From the NCBI RefSeq assembly GCF_004010195.1, contig NC_057720.1, forward strand, positions 18,545,191 to 18,600,620: 55,430 nt of DNA, given 5' to 3'. The DNA comes from Chiloscyllium plagiosum. Its lineage: Eukaryota. The translations under genes and the position numbers were made by a program. Numbering within the stretch: the first letter of the stretch is position 1; each line of letters begins with the position of its first letter. The notes below the pieces were generated by a model, which was not told the origin of the DNA, made no database searches, and worked only from the letters and a program-made list of their open reading frames with translations. Shown here one piece after another: positions 50,495 through 55,430 of the stretch.

Positions 50495-51130
50495 AAGCCA
50501 GAAAAAGATCTCCCAGGTTCTTTAATTCAGTTCTGCAAGCCTTAGTCCATAAGATGGAAAGAGAAAGAATGTTGTTCGGAGAAATGGGGAGTCATTCATC
50601 ACCTGAAAGGTCAAGGAATCTGGTCCTGAGGACCTCGCTGCAATGCTGGATAAAGTTCACTCACCTCACAGAGATAATCTTGGTCAGTTAAACTGGCTGC
50701 AATGCCATATCCTACTCACTTAATCAGCAAACTCACACATGGCTCATTCCATCACACCCTTCTCTCACAATAATTGGTAATCAGAAGGACATGTTCTTAA
50801 ATTGATGTGCTGCTCCTGATCTTCACACATTTAACACTGCTAAAAATCTCAAGTCCAAACCTTGTAGTTTGTAACTTCTTCCAGTTATTCAACTGTGAAT
50901 GGCACATCACCCATTGTAATGCATCTTTTTCTGCACTTCCATCCTCTTGCAGGAAAAAGTGATGCATAGCAGGGGTCAGTGGTAAAGAACTAGTGGGGGC
51001 AAGTAGAACTGCATCTCCTACTTGGATGCTAAATTACTGTTGGAAGGTGACTGACATCAAAAACTGTCAAGTTTGCATGCTTCTGACCTGCATTATTGTT
51101 CTTCATAATGTAATGATCAGTGCAGGCTGT
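50495..51130 (+). pseudogene. Harbinger/PIF-type Myb/SANT gene fossil with retained intron
   Basis: RKRSPRFFNSVLQALVHKMERERMLF...RTSLQCWIKFTHLT, donor gtcagt at 50683, acceptor ctcttgcag at 50952, then EKVMHSRGQW*RTSGG. Confidence 0.55.
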
Positions 51131-51234
51131 CCTGGGAGCCTCCCCTACAATTTCTATCACCTTTCCCAGGGTGAGAGATTCAATAATGAGAGGTCACGCG
51201 ATCAAGGTGAGAGGTGAAAAGTTTATGGGGGATA

Positions 51235-52074
51235 TACACAGAGGGTGGTAGGTGCCTGGATAGCATTGCCAGCTGAGGTGGTAGAGGCAGGCACTGTAGA
51301 TTCATTTAAGGTGCTTCTGGACAGCTGCATAAGTAGGTAGGGAGCAGAGGGGTATAGATGTTTAGGAATTGGGCGATAGGTTTAGACAGTGGATTTGAAT
51401 TGGCTCAGGCTTGGACAGCCGAAGGTCCTGTTCCTGAGCTGTAAATTTTCTTTGTTCCGTTGTGCTGAAATGTTTATGGAGCTGCATTTTGCAGCTATCA
51501 ACTCAAACTAATTGAATCATTTTTAGTGTGTACTCATTCATGGGATATGGATGTCACCGGCAAAGATGACATTTATTTTCCATCCCTCTCTTCCCGGAGA
51601 AGGTAAGGTTGAAGTATTAGATTAGATTAGATAATTTACAGTGTGGAAACAGGCTACACAGAGGGTGGTAGGTGCCTGGATAGCATTGCCAGCTGAGGTG
51701 GTAGAGGCAGGCACTGTAGATTCATTTAAGGTGCTTCTGGACAGCTGCATAAGTAGGTAGGGAGCAGAGGGGTATAGATGTTTAGGAATTGGGCGATAGG
51801 TTTAGACAGTGGATTTGAATTGGCTCAGGCTTGGACAGCCGAAGGTCCTGTTCCTGAGCTGTAAATTTTCTTTGTTCCGTTGTGCTGAAATGTTTATTGA
51901 ACTGCATTTTGCAGCTATCAACTCAAACCAATTGAATCATTTTTAGTGTGTACTCATTCATGGGATATGAATGTCACCGGCAAAGATGACATTTATTTTC
52001 CATCCCTCTCTTCCCGGAGAAGGTAAGGTTGAAGTATTAGATTAGATTAGATAATTTACAGTGTGGAAACAGGC
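51235..52074 (+). repeat. Tandem duplication, 2 x 420 bp
   Basis: 51235-51654 versus 51655-52074; I count 4 substitutions and no indels. Confidence 0.97.
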
Positions 52075-52331
52075 CCTTCGGCCCAACATGTTCACACCGA
52101 CCCACCGAAGCGTAACCCACCCAGACCCATTCCCCTACATCTAACACTACGGGCAGTTTAGCATGGCCAATTCACCTAACCTGAACATTTTTGGATGATG
52201 GGAGGAAACCGGAGCACCCGGAGGAAACCCACACAGACACTGGGAGAATGTGCAAACTCCACACAGAGTCGCCTGAGGCAGGAATTGAACCTGGATTGTG
52301 AGGCAGCAGTGCTAACCACTGTGCTACCCAT
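52037..52331 (-). mobile_element. HE1-type SINE
   Basis: (TAATC)n tail, V-domain and tRNA head. Confidence 0.9.
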
Positions 52332-53782
52332 ACAGATTGCTTGAAGTATCTTTTTAAACTGTTGAAGGTCACCTGGTGAAGTTACTGCTTTAATATTATT
52401 TGAGTTAAAATAAAAAAACTCCCAATGACAATGAAGAAGCTACAATTTGGAGCTGTTGATTTTTCCATGTGCTTTGTTTAGATTGTACATGCCATTACAG
52501 CTGAATAAAACTATGGTGTATCTTGTAAAGGTAAACACTGCATCGAGCGTATATCAGTGGCAGCAGGGGTGAATGTCATAAAGGTAAACAGTTTGTTTTG
52601 TTGAGAGTGTAGTTGAGCTGCTTGAATGCTTTGTAAAATAGATTAATCCAGGCAAGTGGACAGCATTCCATTACAATCCTGTAGATTTGGTGAGTCATTC
52701 AACACAAAATCTCTGGCATGTTGTTGTAGCCACAGTATTTACGTGGCGAGTCCAATCATTTTTGTTCACAATAATTCTCAAAATGTTGATCCTAAGGTTT
52801 TTGATTATGATGATGGAATGATAAGACTAAGATATTCATTGGTGCCACATTGTATCAAATCCAGTCACTCTTGCCTCTCCCACAAAATTTATCTGTAACC
52901 CATATTTAATTTGAGGATTCACTAGAACTTGAATTAAGCAGATTGCTTAGAGACTTAGTGCTGCTTGATTACACGATGACCACAACTTCCAGTTGATGGA
53001 ACAATAGATTTAAAAACCTCATGGGTCACATCTCCGTCCTTTTTTCCCTACTGAAGAGAGCTCTGTTCTGTCCAGTATTTCTTGAAGGGTATATCCTCTC
53101 AGTGGTTTCTTTGGTATTGCTCTAGTCTTTTAGTAATATGACAACCAGAGTAGTGCACAAGAAACTAATTGTGCCTTCATCACTGTTGTATGTATTGAAT
53201 GTGACTTTTGTATCTATTGGTTTGAAATTAATTCATAGTTTTTTTGCATCTTTTAACGGTTTTGTTAATTTCCATTGTTAGCTTTAATAATTTGTGCTTC
53301 TATTTCTAAACCCTTTGCACCTCTAACCCATTAAGATTTGCTTTCTAATTATTAGGTGGCTTTTTTTCCTCTTTTATCATTTCCCATTTATATGTCCATT
53401 CAATAAGCTCATTTGTGTCTTCCTCAGTATGAATGATATCCTCTGGTGTAGACTGCAGTATTTGATATTTTGTGTCTGTTTCCCCAAGTCTACATCACTT
53501 ATACCAATTGCAAACAAAAGTGTTTCTGTCACAGATCCTTGTGGAATCCCACTATTCCATCCTTTGCAAAACTGAATAGCTACCTTTAAACGCTTCTGTT
53601 CCTACTTACTAGTTCGCTATCTATTCAGTTTCCAAACTCCATGTATACTGATATTAATCATGTGACTACTATTTGGTCTTTTGAAAATCTGTGTATACAT
53701 TTACTGAATAGTATTTAAGTGTGTAATGTATTGCAAAATGTTATTTATGTCATTTAAGTACAGAAGTTGTCGAAGAATTAGC

Positions 53783-54104
53783 GGGCGGCACGGTGGCACA
53801 GTGGTTAGCACTGCTGCCTTATAGCGCCAGAGACCCGGGTTCAATACCCGCCTCAGGCGACTGACTGTGTGGAGTTTGCACATTCTCCCCGTGTCTGCGT
53901 GGGTTTCCTCCGGGTGCTCCGGTTTCCTCCCACAGTCCAAAGATGTGCAGGTCAGGTGAATTGGCCATGCTAAATTGCCCGTAGTGTTAAGTAAGGGGTA
54001 AATGTAGGGGTATGGGTGGGTTGCGCTTCGGCGGGGCAGTGTGGATTTGTTGGGCCGAAGGGCCTGTTTCCATACTGTAAGTAATCTGATCTAATCTAAT
54101 CTAA
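53783..54104 (+). mobile_element. HE1-type SINE, CpG-retaining (young)
   Basis: Closely similar to 16907-17228; ends about 66 bp upstream of exon 54171. Confidence 0.92.
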
Positions 54105-54170
54105 AAAATTTTTTATCTTTTCCATTGTCTTAGTTTCTGGCTTTGTTGGATTAAAATTCTTCTCCTTTAG

Positions 54171-54328
54171 CATTAAATTAGCCATGAAAGATGCTGAAAT
54201 TCAAAAGTTGAAGTCAAGCCTGATGAACAGCAAATTCTCAACACAAGAATGTGGTGACATTTTGGGTAAAAGTTGTGTTTTGTTGGATAGAGGAAGTCCA
54301 GAACTAATGTCAAACAGAAATAAGAAAG
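54171..54328 (+). CDS. CCDC18: CCDC18-like coding exon 10 (IKLAMKDAEIQKLK...NRNKK); gene continues beyond window
   Basis: tctcctttag acceptor, G|gtaagt donor, phase 2 in and 1 out. Matches recalled IKLAIKEAEIQKL. Confidence 0.92.
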
Positions 54329-55057
54329 GTAAGTCGTTACTTGTAGATGTGGAGAAGAGAATAAAAGTGAAATTAACGATTTAATCACAATACAGTAGTA
54401 AAGATTTTAATTTTTTGGTTTTGTTAGATGTGCAGTGAAAATATCATCTTTTTATATAGGTTATTGTCTTCTATCCTTTTATAAGTGACAGATTGGCTAC
54501 TGAGTATTTCATCCATTTAAATTATAATACCACTCGCTTGAACAGTTTTCCTTTAGGAAGGTACGGAAGGAAAAGTGGCAAATAAGGAGATAAAGACTGG
54601 TTGGTTTAAAGGAGTTTTTAAAAAACTTTTTAGTGGAGATTGATTTTATATTTAATACCATATTTGAAGCAACCATAACATTTCTGAACATATTGATGAG
54701 AATTTTATATATAAAATTAAATAACATTCAGCCCCTAAATGCCCTCATAGGGAAAGTTTGTTTTGTATCCCACTGAAATAAAAATGTCTTTGAGTTCTGT
54801 TCCTACAATGATCTAGATTCCTGTTTTTGAAAATGAGAAGTAATAATGAGGGATTAATAGTTGGAAAGTTACAATATTCCCTTATTAAGAATTCAAGATA
54901 GAGAAACAACACAATAACATTTGCTTAATCTTGGCAATGGGATTTTGCATTCACACAACTGTCAACACTAATTCAGCAGTACTGCTAAGTAAAGCTGGTA
55001 TAAAATATGAGAATCAAAATATGGTTGTTTTACTTGTTAAGTTTCAAGAAGGGCTGA

Positions 55058-55430
55058 AAATGTGTTGCTAAAACAGTGCAGCAGGTCAGGCAGCATCCAG
55101 GGAACAGGAGAATCGACGTTTCGGGCATAAGCCCTTCTTCAGGAATGAGGAAAGTGTGTCCAGCAGGCTAAGATAAAAGGTAGGGAGGAGGGACTTAGGG
55201 AGGGGCGTTGGAAATGCGATGTGGAAAGAGGTCAAGGTGAGGGTGATAGGTCAGACTGGGATGGGGGAGGAGAGGTCGGGAAGAAGATTGCAGGTTAGGA
55301 AGGCGGTGCTGAATTCGATGGATTTGACTGAGACAAGGTGGGGGGAGGGGAAATACCTTGTCTCAGTCAAATCCATCGAACTCAGCACCGCCTTCCTAAC
55401 CTGCAATCATCTTCCTGACCTCTCCGCCCC
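55058..55430. mobile_element. PLE family A 3' region (minus) folded back into a plus-strand copy that runs off the window
   Basis: Reverse-complement homology to 130-420; inverted arms 55264-55339 / 55355-55430. Confidence 0.88.
55110..55147 (-). ncRNA. Minimal type-I hammerhead ribozyme motif, core intact
   Basis: Reverse complement cattc-CTGAAGA-a-GGGC-TTAT-GCCC-GAAAC-GTC-gattc, identical to 330-367. Confidence 0.8.

Noticed and set aside
1..55430. CRISPR array, retron or other prokaryotic RT/nuclease system
   Set aside because: No regularly spaced repeat-spacer array. All RT and GIY-YIG fragments are eukaryotic LINE or PLE pieces in spliceosomal introns.

Overview
Eukaryotic, repeat-dense vertebrate DNA. 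The repeat inventory points to a cartilaginous fish, probably a shark: HE1-type V-SINEs, CR1/HER1-like LINEs, Deu-domain SINE remnants and Penelope-like elements (PLEs). One host gene runs on the + strand. Ten GT-AG coding exons between 4778 and 54328 join with consistent phases into an uninterrupted 498-codon coiled-coil reading frame that I recognise from memory as the N-terminal part of CCDC18; the gene continues past the window. The introns are mostly 5'-truncated CR1 copies, SINEs, PLE fragments, probable solo LTRs and Harbinger-type remnants, often nested. The most notable non-genic signal is a set of minimal type-I hammerhead ribozyme motifs in PLE 3' ends. Two are core-intact and identical in sequence (335-362 +, 55115-55142 -); the rest are decayed and come from several distinct families. 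Many of these PLE ends occur as fold-back inverted-repeat units, some with target-site duplications (TSDs). Other points: a recent 420-bp tandem duplication, an out-of-frame ATG overlapping the apparent CCDC18 start, and an intron-retaining Harbinger Myb/SANT gene fossil. Most ORFs in the supplied track are TE fragments or antisense shadows. All family assignments were made by eye and repeat boundaries are approximate.
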